DNA of 64,000 nucleotides from an uncultured Aliarcobacter sp. (lineage in GTDB: Bacteria; Campylobacterota; Campylobacteria; Campylobacterales; Arcobacteraceae): the NCBI GenBank assembly GCA_963677435.1, contig OY781945.1, forward strand, positions 1,088,001 through 1,152,000, in the 5' to 3' direction. The notes under the pieces were generated by a model. The model was given only the letters and a program-made list of their open reading frames with translations. It had not been told where the DNA came from and did not search any database. This document shows, in pieces, positions 20,736 through 32,264 of the stretch (position 1 is the first letter of the stretch; each line of letters starts with the position of its first letter). The position numbers were made by a program, and so were the translations under genes.

Positions 20736-22016
20736 TTAAAATTCTCCACTTAAATTATTTTTTCTTTCTTTTACCAGTCTATCAAGAGCATTTTCAAATC
20801 TCTTAAGTCCTTCAACAAGTAATTCTTCATCTATTAATAAAGGAGGTAAAAATTTAACAACTTGGTTTTCACTTCCACAAGTTTCGATAATTAATTGTTC
20901 TTGAAATGCAAAAGCTGAAATATCACTAGCCATTGATTTATCATTTTTTATTTCAAAACCATAAGCTAATCCTCTTCCCCTAATTTCAATTTCATAATCA
21001 TCTTTATATTTAAGAGCAATTTTTTCTAAAGCTTCTTTTAAAATATTTTCTTTATAAAATACAGCTTTAGAGATATTGTCATTTTGCCAATAGTGATCTA
21101 GTGAAACTTTTGAAGCAACAAATGCAAGATTATTTCCTCTAAATGTTCCTGTATGTTCACCAGGTTTCCATTGGTCTAAATGTGGCTTGAATAATAATAA
21201 AGCCATTGGAAGTCCACCTCCAATTGATTTTGATAGGGTTACCATATCTGGATTTATTCCTGCAAATTCAAAAGAGAAAAACTCTCCACTTCTTCCATTT
21301 CCAACTTGAATATCATCAATTATTAATAAAATATCAAACTCTCTACAAATTGCTTCAAGTTCCTGTAACCACTCTTTTGAAGCTACATTTATTCCACCTT
21401 CACCTTGAATAGTTTCAAGTATAACGGCAGCTGGTAAATCTACACCACTACTTCCATCTTCTAAAAATTTTCTAAAATATGTCAATGTATTCATATCTCC
21501 AAAATATCCATCAAATGGCATGAAAGTTGCATTTGTTCTTGAAATATAACTCTCATCTCTATATTCATTATTTCCTGTAACTGCTAGTGAACCTTGAGAA
21601 AGTCCATGATAACCATTTGTAAAAGCAACAATATTACTTCTTCCTTTTACAAGTCTTGCTAGTTTTAATGCAGTTTCAACAGCATTTGTTCCAGTAGGTC
21701 CTGTAAATTGAAGTTTATATTCAAGATTTCTTGGTTTTAATATTAGATTTTCAAAAGTTTGTAAAAACTCTTTTTTTGCAGTTGTTGCCATGTCTAAACC
21801 GTGAACAATACCATCTGCTTGAAGATATTCAATTAATGCTTTACTTATGTGTTCATTATTATGTCCATAATTTAAAGTTCCTGCTCCTGCAAAGAAATCA
21901 ATATATTCAACACCTTGCTCATCTGTTAATATTGCACCTTTTGCTTTTGTAAATATTGTTGGGAAACTTCTAATATATCCTCTTACTTCTGATTCTAAAT
22001 TTTCAAATATTCTCAT
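20736..22016 (-). CDS. ectB: Diaminobutyrate-2-oxoglutarate transaminase
   Basis: ESEVRGY, DFFAGAGTLNYGHN, GPTGTNAVE, PGEHTGTFRG motifs. Confidence 0.97.
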   Translation of the reverse strand: MRIFENLESEVRGYIRSFPTIFTKAKGAILTDEQGVEYIDFFAGAGTLNYGHNNEHISKALIEYLQADGIVHGLDMATTAKKEFLQTFENLILKPRNLEYKLQFTGPTGTNAVETALKLARLVKGRSNIVAFTNGYHGLSQGSLAVTGNNEYRDESYISRTNATFMPFDGYFGDMNTLTYFRKFLEDGSSGVDLPAAVILETIQGEGGINVASKEWLQELEAICREFDILLIIDDIQVGNGRSGEFFSFEFAGINPDMVTLSKSIGGGLPMALLLFKPHLDQWKPGEHTGTFRGNNLAFVASKVSLDHYWQNDNISKAVFYKENILKEALEKIALKYKDDYEIEIRGRGLAYGFEIKNDKSMASDISAFAFQEQLIIETCGSENQVVKFLPPLLIDEELLVEGLKRFENALDRLVKERKNNLSGEF

Positions 22017-22048
22017 TTTTTTCCTTTTTTGTTCTTTTATTTTTGTAA

Positions 22049-22546
22049 TTATTTGTTGTTTTCTATTGGTCCAATTAAGTATTGAATTTCTTCTTCGTGG
22101 CCATCTATAAAATCATCTATTGAAAAAAGAGTTTCATTTTTAATTTTTGTATTTAAATGGTTTGCAACTTTTTCAAAAACTCTTTGTGAAGATTTGTTGC
22201 TTGGAGATACAGTAGATAGGATATATTTAATATCTTTTTTTAATTTATTTCTATTAAATATATCTATAATGATTTTAAGTGCTAAATTTTGACCTCTAAA
22301 TTTACTAGAAACAGCAACTTGCCAAATAAAAAGTTTTTCTTCTTCATTTGGAACTAAATAGCCTGAAACAAAACCTATTATCTCATTGTTATAAACAGCA
22401 ACACTACAAGTTTCATTAAAGTGAGTTGATTGAAGTAAATAGAGATATTCGGAGTTTAAATCGAGAGTTCCACCTGATTGGATTAAGTTAACAATTTCTT
22501 TTGCGTCATTTTTTTGCGGTTTTCTAAATAAAATACTGGAGTTCAT
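22049..22546 (-). CDS. ectA: Diaminobutyrate acetyltransferase
   Basis: LDLNSEYLY, GFVSGY, LFIWQVAV...RGQ GNAT motifs; first gene of the cluster. Confidence 0.93.
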   Translation of the reverse strand: MNSSILFRKPQKNDAKEIVNLIQSGGTLDLNSEYLYLLQSTHFNETCSVAVYNNEIIGFVSGYLVPNEEEKLFIWQVAVSSKFRGQNLALKIIIDIFNRNKLKKDIKYILSTVSPSNKSSQRVFEKVANHLNTKIKNETLFSIDDFIDGHEEEIQYLIGPIENNK

Positions 22547-22572
22547 CTAATTCCTTGTTTCATAAATTATGT

Positions 22573-22628
22573 TAAATATTTACAATAATATTGTAAAATA
22601 TTTACATTTGAAGTGTGAAATTATAACA
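22573..22628 (-). promoter_or_regulatory. Candidate ectA promoter with palindromic operator
   Basis: TGTTATAAT on the minus strand at about 22620-22628. Palindrome TTTACAATA-a-TATTGTAAA (22579-22597) lies between it and the ectA start. Confidence 0.45.
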
Positions 22629-22780
22629 GTCAATTCTTATTTGTAGCTTAAAGTTGTATAAAAAATAGTCAGTGAAAGTAGCTGAAATTACCCTATATTA
22701 GGCTATGAAGAGAATTCTATTATTTTGTAAGAAAGGTAATCTGAGTTGTTTTGATTTGAGAGATTTTGAGATTTAGAATA

Positions 22781-23122
22781 TTAAAATGATTCTAAATCTT
22801 GGATTTCATTTTCTGAAATATTTTCTAATTTAGATTCAACTATTTCTAAAAAAACATTTTTATTTTGTTCATCCATATTTTCATTTATAATTTCTAAAAT
22901 ATATTTAATACCATTTGCATTTATTTTTTTTATATTTGCAAGGTAGTGTACAAATGCAACTATTTTAACATCATTAATAGAGTAGAGTTTTTTAATCTTG
23001 TGGTCTTTTTGAGGTAATAAACCTTTTTCTTCATACATTTTTAATGTTCTAATTTTTGCACTTAAAAGCTCAGAAATACTACTAAGTGGAAGAATATCTT
23101 TGTCATTATTAAGTAAAGCCAT
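22781..23122 (-). CDS. MerR-family (HspR-like) transcriptional regulator
   Basis: LSSISELL...RTLKMYEEKGLLP...LYSIND...INANGIKYIL MerR HTH pattern. Confidence 0.8.
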   Translation of the reverse strand: MALLNNDKDILPLSSISELLSAKIRTLKMYEEKGLLPQKDHKIKKLYSINDVKIVAFVHYLANIKKINANGIKYILEIINENMDEQNKNVFLEIVESKLENISENEIQDLESF

Positions 23123-23137
23123 TTTAACTCCTAAAAA

Positions 23138-24325
23138 TTATAATATATTTATTTCACTTCTATCTGTTGTTCTATCTAATTTTGTAGGAACGGTTCTATT
23201 TTTACTATTTATTTGATCTTCAATTTTTTTCTGGATAATTTTTGTATTTGCTAAGAAACTAGCTCTTTCTTTTCCTTCTAAACCATTAAGATCTGGTTTT
23301 GTAATAACTGATAATGGATCAATAGCAGTTCCATTTCTATATAAACCTAAATGTAAGTGAGGTCCAGAACTAAGACCTGAAGTTCCCACATAACCTATTA
23401 ATTCACCTTTCTTAACAGTTTTACCTTGTTTAATACCTTTTGCCCAGTTACTTTGATGTGCATAAAGTGTTTTATAGCCATTATTATGATTTATAATGGT
23501 AGTTTTACCATAACCACCTTTTACACCAGCAAATTCTATCCTTCCATCTGCTGCTGCATATATTGTTCTTCCAACAGGAGCTGCGAAGTCTGTTCCTAGG
23601 TGTGCTCTAAATCTTTTTAGAACAGGATGCCATCGTTTATTTGTAAATTGACTTGATATTCTTGTATAGTTTATAGGAATTTGAAAAAAATAAGATTTTG
23701 TAAATCCAGTTCCTTTTTCATCATAATATTTATCATCTTTTGGATTTTTAAATCTATAAAAAGGTGTTCCAGAAATTTCAACCATTGCAGCTTTTAAATC
23801 AGGCATTCCAAGAGGTCGCCCTAAGTAAACTTTTTGTGAATACTCTAAAGCAATAAAATCACCTTTTTGCATTTTTCTAAAATTTACACCTTGAGAAAAA
23901 ATTGATTTTAACATGGCTGCTAATGTAACATCCCCTGTTGCATCTGCAATATCTTGTGATACTGATTCAGTAATTTCAATAGCAATAAGCTCTGTATATT
24001 CTGTGTAATTTATTGGAAGAGTTTCGAATTTGTATTCATTATTATTGTCCCTATAAACATGTAGTTGAATATCATCAGATATAGGAATTAAAACTTGATT
24101 TAGCTTTCCATCATCATCTGTATATAAATAGTATCTACTATCTGCTGTTATTTCTGAACATAACTCTTGGTCTTCTTTTTCTAAATCAAAATATAATTTT
24201 TGTGAAACGGAGTATTTATCTAAAAAAGTTAAAAAACTCTCTCCTCTTGGCCAATTTAGTTCTTCAACTTGAGCTGAGTATAAAAAATTAAAAAATATAA
24301 TAATTGTTAGGATGATTTTTTTCAT
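23138..24325 (-). CDS. M23 family peptidoglycan DD-metallopeptidase
   Basis: HLGTD (HxxxD), YAH and GPHLH (HxH) motifs; signal peptide from MKKIILT at 24325. Confidence 0.9.
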   Translation of the reverse strand: MKKIILTIIIFFNFLYSAQVEELNWPRGESFLTFLDKYSVSQKLYFDLEKEDQELCSEITADSRYYLYTDDDGKLNQVLIPISDDIQLHVYRDNNNEYKFETLPINYTEYTELIAIEITESVSQDIADATGDVTLAAMLKSIFSQGVNFRKMQKGDFIALEYSQKVYLGRPLGMPDLKAAMVEISGTPFYRFKNPKDDKYYDEKGTGFTKSYFFQIPINYTRISSQFTNKRWHPVLKRFRAHLGTDFAAPVGRTIYAAADGRIEFAGVKGGYGKTTIINHNNGYKTLYAHQSNWAKGIKQGKTVKKGELIGYVGTSGLSSGPHLHLGLYRNGTAIDPLSVITKPDLNGLEGKERASFLANTKIIQKKIEDQINSKNRTVPTKLDRTTDRSEINIL

Positions 24326-24392
24326 AGTTTCTTCACTTTTTATTAAATAATTAGGGCAAACATTATACAATCCCCCAACTTAAAAAATTATC

Positions 24393-25364
24393 ATGGAGGA
24401 ATATTTGTTAAAATTAATAATTTTTTTATTAATTTCTTTTAATGTATATGCACAAGATTTAATAAAATTATATAGATATGAGGGAATTAATTCTGTAGAG
24501 AAAGAAATAGAAAACAGATTAAAAGATATAAGCTATTGGCAAGAGTATTTCCAAGATAAAAATGTAGACTATGGTTATTATGAATTCAAAAAATATGTAA
24601 TATTAGCTCAAAAAGATCAATCAGAAATTACAGTTTATCAAAAAGAGGGTAATGATTATAAATTATTATTAAGACATGGTGTTATAACTGGTGAAAATGC
24701 AGGTGATAAATTAACAGCAGGTGATAAAAAAACTCCAATAGGTGCTTATGAATTAGTTGAAAAAAAAGTTGGATTAGATAGTTTTTATGGCCCATTTGCA
24801 CTAGTGACTTCTTATCCAAATGTTTATGATAGAAGTTTAGATAAACAAGGTTATGGAATTTGGATTCATGGAATGCCTTTTAATGAGGAAAGAGAGAACT
24901 TTACAAAAGGTTGTATCGCTTTAGATAATAATGAACTTGAAGAATTAGATAAAAAAATTGATTTAAATAAAACAATTCTATTAACAAGTGAAAATGAGTT
25001 TAAAAAAGCAACTAAACAAGATATGGCTTTAATATTTAGTACTATCTATAAATGGAAAAATGCTTGGAAAGATTCTAATATTGAAGAATATTTATCTTTT
25101 TATTCAGATGATTTTAAAAGAGCAGACAAAAGTGATTTTAATACTTTTAAAGAACAAAAAAGTTCAATATTTGCAAAAAAAGAACAAAAAACAATTAAAT
25201 TTTCAAATATGGATGTTTCTCCTTATCCAAATTCATTAGGAAAAGATATGTATAAAGTTTTAATGGATGAAGAATATTTAAGTCCAGCAGTTAGATTTTA
25301 TGGAAAAAAAGAGTTGTTTTTAGAAATAGTAAACAACCAAGTAAAAATTCTCTCAGAGGATTAA
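24393..25364 (+). CDS. L,D-transpeptidase/carboxypeptidase (Csd6/Pgp2-like) with NTF2-like C-terminus
   Basis: GDKKTPIG, GIWIHG...TKGCI YkuD motif; C-terminal WKNAW...YLSFY segment. Confidence 0.88.
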   Translation: MEEYLLKLIIFLLISFNVYAQDLIKLYRYEGINSVEKEIENRLKDISYWQEYFQDKNVDYGYYEFKKYVILAQKDQSEITVYQKEGNDYKLLLRHGVITGENAGDKLTAGDKKTPIGAYELVEKKVGLDSFYGPFALVTSYPNVYDRSLDKQGYGIWIHGMPFNEERENFTKGCIALDNNELEELDKKIDLNKTILLTSENEFKKATKQDMALIFSTIYKWKNAWKDSNIEEYLSFYSDDFKRADKSDFNTFKEQKSSIFAKKEQKTIKFSNMDVSPYPNSLGKDMYKVLMDEEYLSPAVRFYGKKELFLEIVNNQVKILSED

Positions 25365-25427
25365 AATAAAATTTAACTCTTTTTAGATATAATCGCCCTA
25401 AATAACAACCATATTTTAAGGCGAAAG

Positions 25428-27641
25428 ATGCAAAAACAAGAGATGAACCTTCAAGAGATAGCACTTGCTCACTCTTTAACACTTGAAGAATTTGAAAATA
25501 TCAAAGAAATTTTAGGAAGAGAACCAAACTATGTAGAAATTGGTATCTTCTCTGCTATGTGGTCTGAGCACTGCTCATATAAATCAAGTAAAAAATATTT
25601 AAATGGTTTCCCAACAAAAGCTCCTTGGGTTATTCAAGGTCCAGGTGAAAATGCCGGTGTTATTGACATTGGTGATGGATATGCTGCTGTATTTAAAATG
25701 GAATCACATAATCATCCAAGTTTTATTGAACCTTATCAAGGTGCTGCTACTGGTGTTGGTGGTATTTTAAGAGATGTATTTACAATGGGTGCAAGACCAA
25801 TTGCAAATATGAATTCAATTAGATTTGCTTCAATTGAAGGAAATAGTGAAACTGCACAAAAACATAGATTTCTTTTAAGAGGTGTAGTTGCTGGTATTGG
25901 TGGATATGGTAACTGTATGGGAGTACCTACAATTGGTGGAGAAACTACATTTGAAGAGTGTTATGCTGGAAATAATCTTGTAAACGCATTTACTTTAGGT
26001 TTAGCAAAAGCTGATGAAATTTTCTACGGAAAAGCAGAAGGTATTGGAAATCCAGTAATGTATGTTGGTTCTAAAACAGGTAGAGATGGACTTGGTGGAG
26101 CTGTTATGAGTTCAGCAGCATTCGATGAAGATAGTGAGTCAAAAAGACCAACTGTTCAAGTTGGAGATCCCTTCACTGAAAAACTTCTTTTGGAAGCTTG
26201 TTTAGAACTATTCAAAACTGATTTAATAGTTGGTATTCAAGATATGGGAGCTGCTGGACTTACTTCGTCTTCATTTGAAATGGCAGGAAGATCTGGTTCT
26301 GGGATGATTATGCATTTAGATAAAGTTCCAGCAAGGGAAGAGGGTATGACTCCTTATGATTTCATGCTAAGTGAATCACAAGAGAGAATGCTTATTTGTG
26401 CTAAAAAAGGTTGTGAACAAGCAATTATTGATATTTTTGAAAAATGGGAATTAGATGTTGCTGTTATTGGTGAAGTAACTGCAACTGGAAATATGGAATT
26501 ATTCTGGCATGGTGAAAAATGTGCTGAAGTTCCAGTTCAACCAGTATCTGAACAAGCTCCTATTTTAGATAGACCAACAAAAAAACCAGCCTACTTAGAT
26601 GGAATTGAAAATATCACTTTAGATAAAGAGATTTCAAACCAAGTTGCATTTGATGATTTATTTTCTGATATGGAAGTTGTTGATAAATCTTGGGTTTATT
26701 CTCAATATGATTCAATGGTTCAAACAAATACAATCAAAGGTCCAGGCAAACTTGACGGTTCATCAATTAGAATCAAAGAGACTGGAAAAGCACTTTCAAT
26801 GAGTGCAGATTGTAATACAAGACTTTGTTATATTAATCCAGAATTAGGAGCAGCAGCTGCTGTTATGGAATCTGGAAGAAATGTAGCAATGACAGGAGCA
26901 GTTCCAAAAGCAATTACAGATTGTTTAAATTTTGGAAATCCTACAAATCCTGAAGTTATGTGGCAATTTGCAGCTTCATGTGAAGGAATCAAAAAAGCTT
27001 GTAAAGAGTTAAATACGCCAGTAATTGGTGGAAATGTATCTTTATATAATGAAACAAATGGAGTAGGAGTTTTCCCAACACCTTCAATTGCTATGGTTGG
27101 AGTAAATGAAGATGCTAATAAAGTATTACCTTCTTGTGTTCAAGAAAATGGAAATATTTTGTATATCTTAGGTGAAACTAAATCTGAATTTGGTGCTTCT
27201 TTATATATGAAAAAAATGTATGGAAAAGTTGCTGGAATTCATCCCGAAGTAAATTTTGAAAAAGAATTAGCATTATGGAATACAGTTATTGTTGCTAATC
27301 AAAAAAGTTTATTAAAATCTGCAAAAGATGTAAACATTGGTGGAATTGCAGTTTCATTATCAAAAATGGCAGTTGTAGGAAATAAAGGTGTTAAAGTATC
27401 TGTTTCTTTAAATGATTCAAAAGACATTTTCTCAGAATCTTTAAGTAGAGCAATTGTTGAAGTTAAACCTGAAAATTGTGAAGCGTTTGAAAAAGTTGCA
27501 AAATCTTATAATCTTTTATGTACAAAAATTGGAGAAGTTGGTGGAGATAAAATCTCTATTAATGATCTTTCTAAAGATTTAGATAAAGCTAGTTTCGTTT
27601 ATTTTAATAAATTCAAACAAGTAATAGAACAAGATTTATAA
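25428..27641 (+). CDS. purL: Phosphoribosylformylglycinamidine synthase subunit PurL
   Basis: [31 protein letters not shown] motifs. Confidence 0.98.
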   Translation: MQKQEMNLQEIALAHSLTLEEFENIKEILGREPNYVEIGIFSAMWSEHCSYKSSKKYLNGFPTKAPWVIQGPGENAGVIDIGDGYAAVFKMESHNHPSFIEPYQGAATGVGGILRDVFTMGARPIANMNSIRFASIEGNSETAQKHRFLLRGVVAGIGGYGNCMGVPTIGGETTFEECYAGNNLVNAFTLGLAKADEIFYGKAEGIGNPVMYVGSKTGRDGLGGAVMSSAAFDEDSESKRPTVQVGDPFTEKLLLEACLELFKTDLIVGIQDMGAAGLTSSSFEMAGRSGSGMIMHLDKVPAREEGMTPYDFMLSESQERMLICAKKGCEQAIIDIFEKWELDVAVIGEVTATGNMELFWHGEKCAEVPVQPVSEQAPILDRPTKKPAYLDGIENITLDKEISNQVAFDDLFSDMEVVDKSWVYSQYDSMVQTNTIKGPGKLDGSSIRIKETGKALSMSADCNTRLCYINPELGAAAAVMESGRNVAMTGAVPKAITDCLNFGNPTNPEVMWQFAASCEGIKKACKELNTPVIGGNVSLYNETNGVGVFPTPSIAMVGVNEDANKVLPSCVQENGNILYILGETKSEFGASLYMKKMYGKVAGIHPEVNFEKELALWNTVIVANQKSLLKSAKDVNIGGIAVSLSKMAVVGNKGVKVSVSLNDSKDIFSESLSRAIVEVKPENCEAFEKVAKSYNLLCTKIGEVGGDKISINDLSKDLDKASFVYFNKFKQVIEQDL

Positions 27642-27666
27642 TATATTAAGAAGAGAATATCTCTTC

Positions 27667-29484
27667 TTAATATACATAGACTCTATTTCTTCCGCTAGTT
27701 TTTGCTTGATAAAGTGCCTCATCTGCTTTTTTAAATACACTTTCAAATGTATCATTTTTTGTTTTAAACTCACTAACTCCAATAGAAATTGTTATTTTAT
27801 CTACTGTTTTAAACTTTGAATTTTCAACTTCTTTTCTTAAATTATCTGCAATATTTTGCGCTTGAAATAAATCTGTAGTATCTAAAATTAAAACAAACTC
27901 TTCTCCTCCCCATCTTGCAAAAATGTCAGTTACTCTAATTTTACTTGAAATAATTCCAGCTAAATCTCTTAATACATAATCTCCAACATCATGTCCAAAA
28001 GTGTCATTTATTGTTTTAAATTTATCTATATCAATTATTCCTAGAATATATTTGTTGTTCTTTTCTGGTAGTTTTTTCAAAAGACCATTTCTATTCAAGA
28101 TTTTAGTTAAATTATCATGATAAGCTTTTACTGATAAATTATTATTTGATTTTTTTAGTTCAGCATTTTTTTCTTTTAGCATATTTAGTAAATAGTTGAA
28201 AAATCTTGAAACTATACCAATTTCTGTATCTCTTTCTTCATAAATTTTTCTATCTACATTTCCAGTTTTCATTATCTGAATAATACTTTGAATAGTGTCT
28301 ACCCAAGGTAATCTTGCATTATGTTCACTTCTATTTAACCCTAAAACTTCATGTTTTTTTCTTACTCTTAAAAGATTGATTTTACTTAAAAATAAAAAGA
28401 TTAATAATCCCGAAATAAAAGTAAAAAGAAAAGCTACTATTACTCCTAATGATTGAATATAAATAAAATGTAATCTAGTGAAATTTTCAGGTAATTTTGC
28501 AAAAATTCCAACTGCTATTGTTCCCCAAGCTCCAACAAATCCATGAATTGCAACAACACTTAAAGGATCATCAATTCGCAATCTTTTTGTCAAAAAGATA
28601 TCAGCATAGTGCATAATAAAAGAAGATATAAAACCAACAAACGCAGATTGAGTTGTGGTGAATTCAAAACATCCAGCTGTAATTCCTACAAGACCTGCAA
28701 TTATTCCAAAACTAAATATTTCAACGCCTACTTTATCTTTACTAAAAAGTGTAATTATCCAAGCAGAAAAACCACCAAAAACCCCTGCTAATAAAGTATT
28801 CATCAAAATAGATGTAACAGCTGGATCAAAAGCTAATAAACTTCCTGCATTAAATCCAAACCAAGCAAAAAATAGAATAAATACTCCAAAGACAATAAAA
28901 TTGTGATTACTTGGAGCAAAATATACAACTTTACCTTTTCTAAATTTCCCAAGTCTTGGCCCCAAAACTATTGCACCAGCTAATCCAATCCAAGCTCCAA
29001 GTGAATGCACAACTGTTGAACCTGCAAAATCTATAAAACCTAGATTTTTAAGCCAACCATGATCACTCCAAGCCCAATGACCAAAAATAGGATAAATTAC
29101 TGCACTTACAATAATTGCTACAACAATATACCCATTAAATTTTATTCTCTCAGCAACTGCACCTGAGACAATTGTAATTGCAGTTGCGGCAAACATTGCT
29201 TGAAAAAAGAAAAATCCGTTTAAGTGATGATCTGTACCATCTATTAAAAATTTATCTGTACCTATGAGTCCATAACTATCAAGACCAAACATAAGTCCAA
29301 AACCAAAAAGCCAAAAGAAAATAATACTAAATACTGTATCAATAAGATTCTTCATAGCTACATTTATAGTGTTTTTACTCCTTACCACACCAGTTTCAAC
29401 TAAAGAAAAACCAAGTTGCATCATAAAGACTAAAAAACCACATACTAGTATCCAAAATAGGTCTAATTCCTTAAAAGTTTCCAA
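27667..29484 (-). CDS. Ammonium transporter (Amt) domain fused to HAMP-like linker and GGDEF diguanylate cyclase
   Basis: Amt motifs FFFQAMFAAT, SGAVAER, DFAGSTVVH, WFGFNAGS, DDPLSVVAIHG. C-terminal DIDKFKTIND...GHDVGD, RVTD I-site, RWGGEEF. Confidence 0.92.
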   Translation of the reverse strand: METFKELDLFWILVCGFLVFMMQLGFSLVETGVVRSKNTINVAMKNLIDTVFSIIFFWLFGFGLMFGLDSYGLIGTDKFLIDGTDHHLNGFFFFQAMFAATAITIVSGAVAERIKFNGYIVVAIIVSAVIYPIFGHWAWSDHGWLKNLGFIDFAGSTVVHSLGAWIGLAGAIVLGPRLGKFRKGKVVYFAPSNHNFIVFGVFILFFAWFGFNAGSLLAFDPAVTSILMNTLLAGVFGGFSAWIITLFSKDKVGVEIFSFGIIAGLVGITAGCFEFTTTQSAFVGFISSFIMHYADIFLTKRLRIDDPLSVVAIHGFVGAWGTIAVGIFAKLPENFTRLHFIYIQSLGVIVAFLFTFISGLLIFLFLSKINLLRVRKKHEVLGLNRSEHNARLPWVDTIQSIIQIMKTGNVDRKIYEERDTEIGIVSRFFNYLLNMLKEKNAELKKSNNNLSVKAYHDNLTKILNRNGLLKKLPEKNNKYILGIIDIDKFKTINDTFGHDVGDYVLRDLAGIISSKIRVTDIFARWGGEEFVLILDTTDLFQAQNIADNLRKEVENSKFKTVDKITISIGVSEFKTKNDTFESVFKKADEALYQAKTSGRNRVYVY

Positions 29485-29632
29485 TATATAAATCCTTTAA
29501 ATTTCTCAGAAAAATATATTGTAACACAGAAAATAATTAATCATGTGATAAAAAGTATACACTTTTTAATCAAGGGAGTCCTAATTGCTTTTTTAGTATA
29601 ATCACAAAAACTATAAAACTTGGGGAAGACAA

Positions 29633-31165
29633 TTGAGAGCATTAATTAGTGTAAGTGACAAAAGTGGTGTTGAAAATTTTGCTAAAGAACTTGTAACATT
29701 AGGTTATGAAATTATTAGTACAGGTGGAACATATAATAAACTTAAAGATGCAGGAATTGCGGTAATCGAAGCAAATGAAGTTACTAAATTTCCTGAGTGT
29801 TTTGAAGGAAGAGTTAAAACTCTAAATCCATATATTCATGGTGGGATTTTACATAGAAGAGATAAACAATCTCATTTAGATCAAGCGCAAGAACTTGGAG
29901 TTGAGGGAATTGATTTAGTTTGTGTTAACTTATATCCATTTAAAGCAACAATAGAAAAAACTGATGATTTTGAAGAAATAATTGAAAACATCGATATTGG
30001 TGGCCCAGCAATGGTTAGATCTGCTGCTAAAAATTTTGATTCAGTTATTATTGTAACAGATGTTGCTGATTATGATTTAGTATTAAATAATCTTAAAAAT
30101 GACACAAATACAGTTGAATTTAGAAGAGATATGATGATTAAAGCATATGAGCATACGGCTGCTTACGATTCTATGATTGCAAATTATATGAATAAAAGAT
30201 TTAATGGTGGATTTGGAGCAAAACAATTTATTGTTGGTTCTAAAGTATTTGATACAAGATATGGAGAAAACCCACATCAAAAAGGTGCATTATACGAATT
30301 TGATACTCAATTTACAAATAAATTCAAAACTGTAAAAGGTGAAGCAAGTTTTAATAATATGGGTGATATTTCAGGAGCTGCTAGAATTGCTGCTGCATTT
30401 GGAAAAGAAAATGCTATTTGTATTGTTAAACATGGAAACCCTTGTGGTTTTGCAATTAAAGATTCATTATTAGAATCTTATGTTGAAGCACTTAAATGTG
30501 ATCCAGTTTCTGCTTTTGGTGGAGTTGTAGCTGTTAATGGAACAGTTGATAAAGAATTAGCTGAAAAAATGAATGAAATTTTCTTAGAAGTTATCTTTGC
30601 CGCTAGCTTTACACCTGAAGCTGTTGCTGTATTTGATTCTAAAAAAAGAATCAAATTATTTGAGCAAGGAACACAATATTTAGAACTTGCAAATGATACT
30701 GTTGATTTCAAAAGAGTTGATGGAGGATTTGTATTCCAAGATGCTGATAAAGTAAAAGAAGATGAAGTTAGAAATTCTGAGTTAAAATCAAAAAGAATTG
30801 CAACTGAACAAGAAGTAAAAGATATGGAAATTGCATATAAAATTGCTAGTTTAACAAAATCAAATTGTGTTGTATATGTAAAAGATTCTGCAATGGTAGC
30901 TGTTGGTATGGGTATGACTTCAAGAGTTGATGCTTCAAAAGCTGCTTTAAGAAAAGCTGAAGATATGGGAATCGATGTAAAAGGTGCTGTTTTAGCTTCA
31001 GAAGCATTCTTCCCATTTAGAGATAGTATTGATGCCGCAGCTGTTGCTGGTGTTAAATGTGTAATTGAGCCAGGTGGATCAATCAGAGATGATGAAATTA
31101 TAGATGCAGCAAATGAATATGATATGGCTCTATATTTCTCAGGAATTAGACATTTCTTACATTAG
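29633..31165 (+). CDS. purH: Bifunctional AICAR transformylase/IMP cyclohydrolase
   Basis: [29 protein letters not shown] and C-terminal RHFLH motifs. Confidence 0.98.
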   Translation: MRALISVSDKSGVENFAKELVTLGYEIISTGGTYNKLKDAGIAVIEANEVTKFPECFEGRVKTLNPYIHGGILHRRDKQSHLDQAQELGVEGIDLVCVNLYPFKATIEKTDDFEEIIENIDIGGPAMVRSAAKNFDSVIIVTDVADYDLVLNNLKNDTNTVEFRRDMMIKAYEHTAAYDSMIANYMNKRFNGGFGAKQFIVGSKVFDTRYGENPHQKGALYEFDTQFTNKFKTVKGEASFNNMGDISGAARIAAAFGKENAICIVKHGNPCGFAIKDSLLESYVEALKCDPVSAFGGVVAVNGTVDKELAEKMNEIFLEVIFAASFTPEAVAVFDSKKRIKLFEQGTQYLELANDTVDFKRVDGGFVFQDADKVKEDEVRNSELKSKRIATEQEVKDMEIAYKIASLTKSNCVVYVKDSAMVAVGMGMTSRVDASKAALRKAEDMGIDVKGAVLASEAFFPFRDSIDAAAVAGVKCVIEPGGSIRDDEIIDAANEYDMALYFSGIRHFLH

Positions 31166-31170
31166 AAAAT

Positions 31171-31201
31171 ATGAAAGATTGATTATAAATCAATCTTTCA
31201 T
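31171..31201. terminator. Bidirectional terminator between purH and the USP gene
   Basis: ATGAAAGATTGATT-ata-AATCAATCTTTCAT perfect inverted repeat. Confidence 0.7.
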
Positions 31202-31238
31202 TCTCCCTTTTCATTAGAAAATAAAATATTTTACTAAT

Positions 31239-32090
31239 CTAGTGAGACATAAATATAGGTAAAGTTGAATGCTCTAATAAATATCTAGTTGCACCACCAA
31301 ACATAAGTTCTCTTAAACCTTTATGTCCATATGCTCCTGCAACAATTAAATCAAAATTCCCATCAAGTGCTGCATTTAATAAAGCTTCCCCTGGAATTCT
31401 TGTAGTCTCTACAATTTTATAAGTTGCATCAATATCATGAAATTTAAGATAATCAATTAATTGATTAATTTTGTGCATATCAACTCCACTGTATTCATCA
31501 GAAGATACAATTTGTACTTTTTCTGCCAGTTTTAGTAATTCAATAGAAGAGGTTATAGCTCTTGATGATTCAACTGTATTATTCCATCCAATAAGTATGG
31601 ATTTTGTACTAAAAGTTTTCATTTTTCTTGGGAACATAAGAACTGGTTTTCCACTTTTTAAAACAGATGTTTCAAATGTAGCAGTAGCAATTCCTGATGG
31701 AGGTGCAGCAGCAATTACAATATCACAAAATTTCGATTCTTCTTCAACTAAAAAACTTCTATTTCCTTCTTTAACAGTTAATAGTGCATGAACTTTATTT
31801 GGAATAGGAGTAGTTGATATTTCCATTCCAGCAATTTTTCCAATTTCTTTAATAGCATTTTCAAATTCAATTGATTCATCTTTTGTTCTAAGTGCAATAA
31901 CTTCGTCTATTTCTTTCATAACTTGAGCAGAAATACCTAGACTTTTATACATATTTTTACCAGTATCATGTATACATCTTAAAATCTCTAAGTTTGCATC
32001 GAAATATTTTGCAATTAACAACGCTGCAAATAATCTATCTTTTAACTCTTCACCACCACCAATAGGGAAAAACATTTTTTTGTAAATCAT
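31239..32090 (-). CDS. Universal stress protein (tandem USP domains)
   Basis: C-terminal DLIVAGAYGHKGLRELMFGGATRYLL...PIFMSH motif. Confidence 0.9.
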   Translation of the reverse strand: MIYKKMFFPIGGGEELKDRLFAALLIAKYFDANLEILRCIHDTGKNMYKSLGISAQVMKEIDEVIALRTKDESIEFENAIKEIGKIAGMEISTTPIPNKVHALLTVKEGNRSFLVEEESKFCDIVIAAAPPSGIATATFETSVLKSGKPVLMFPRKMKTFSTKSILIGWNNTVESSRAITSSIELLKLAEKVQIVSSDEYSGVDMHKINQLIDYLKFHDIDATYKIVETTRIPGEALLNAALDGNFDLIVAGAYGHKGLRELMFGGATRYLLEHSTLPIFMSH

Positions 32091-32264
32091 AAAAATCCTT
32101 TGAGTAAATATATTATTAAATTATAGCACTAAAGATTGAAAGGAAAGTGTATTTATGAGAAAATTATTAATATAAGAAAAACAATCAATAATAATTGTCC
32201 AACTAATTTTTACAAATTTAAGATTTTTAATATAAAATGAACCAATAATTAATAAGGAATTAAT

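Noticed and set aside
22781..23122. Calling this MerR gene hspR
   Set aside because: It lacks the typical HspR IHPQTLRQYER motif and the cbpA/dnaJ context; treated as a paralogue.
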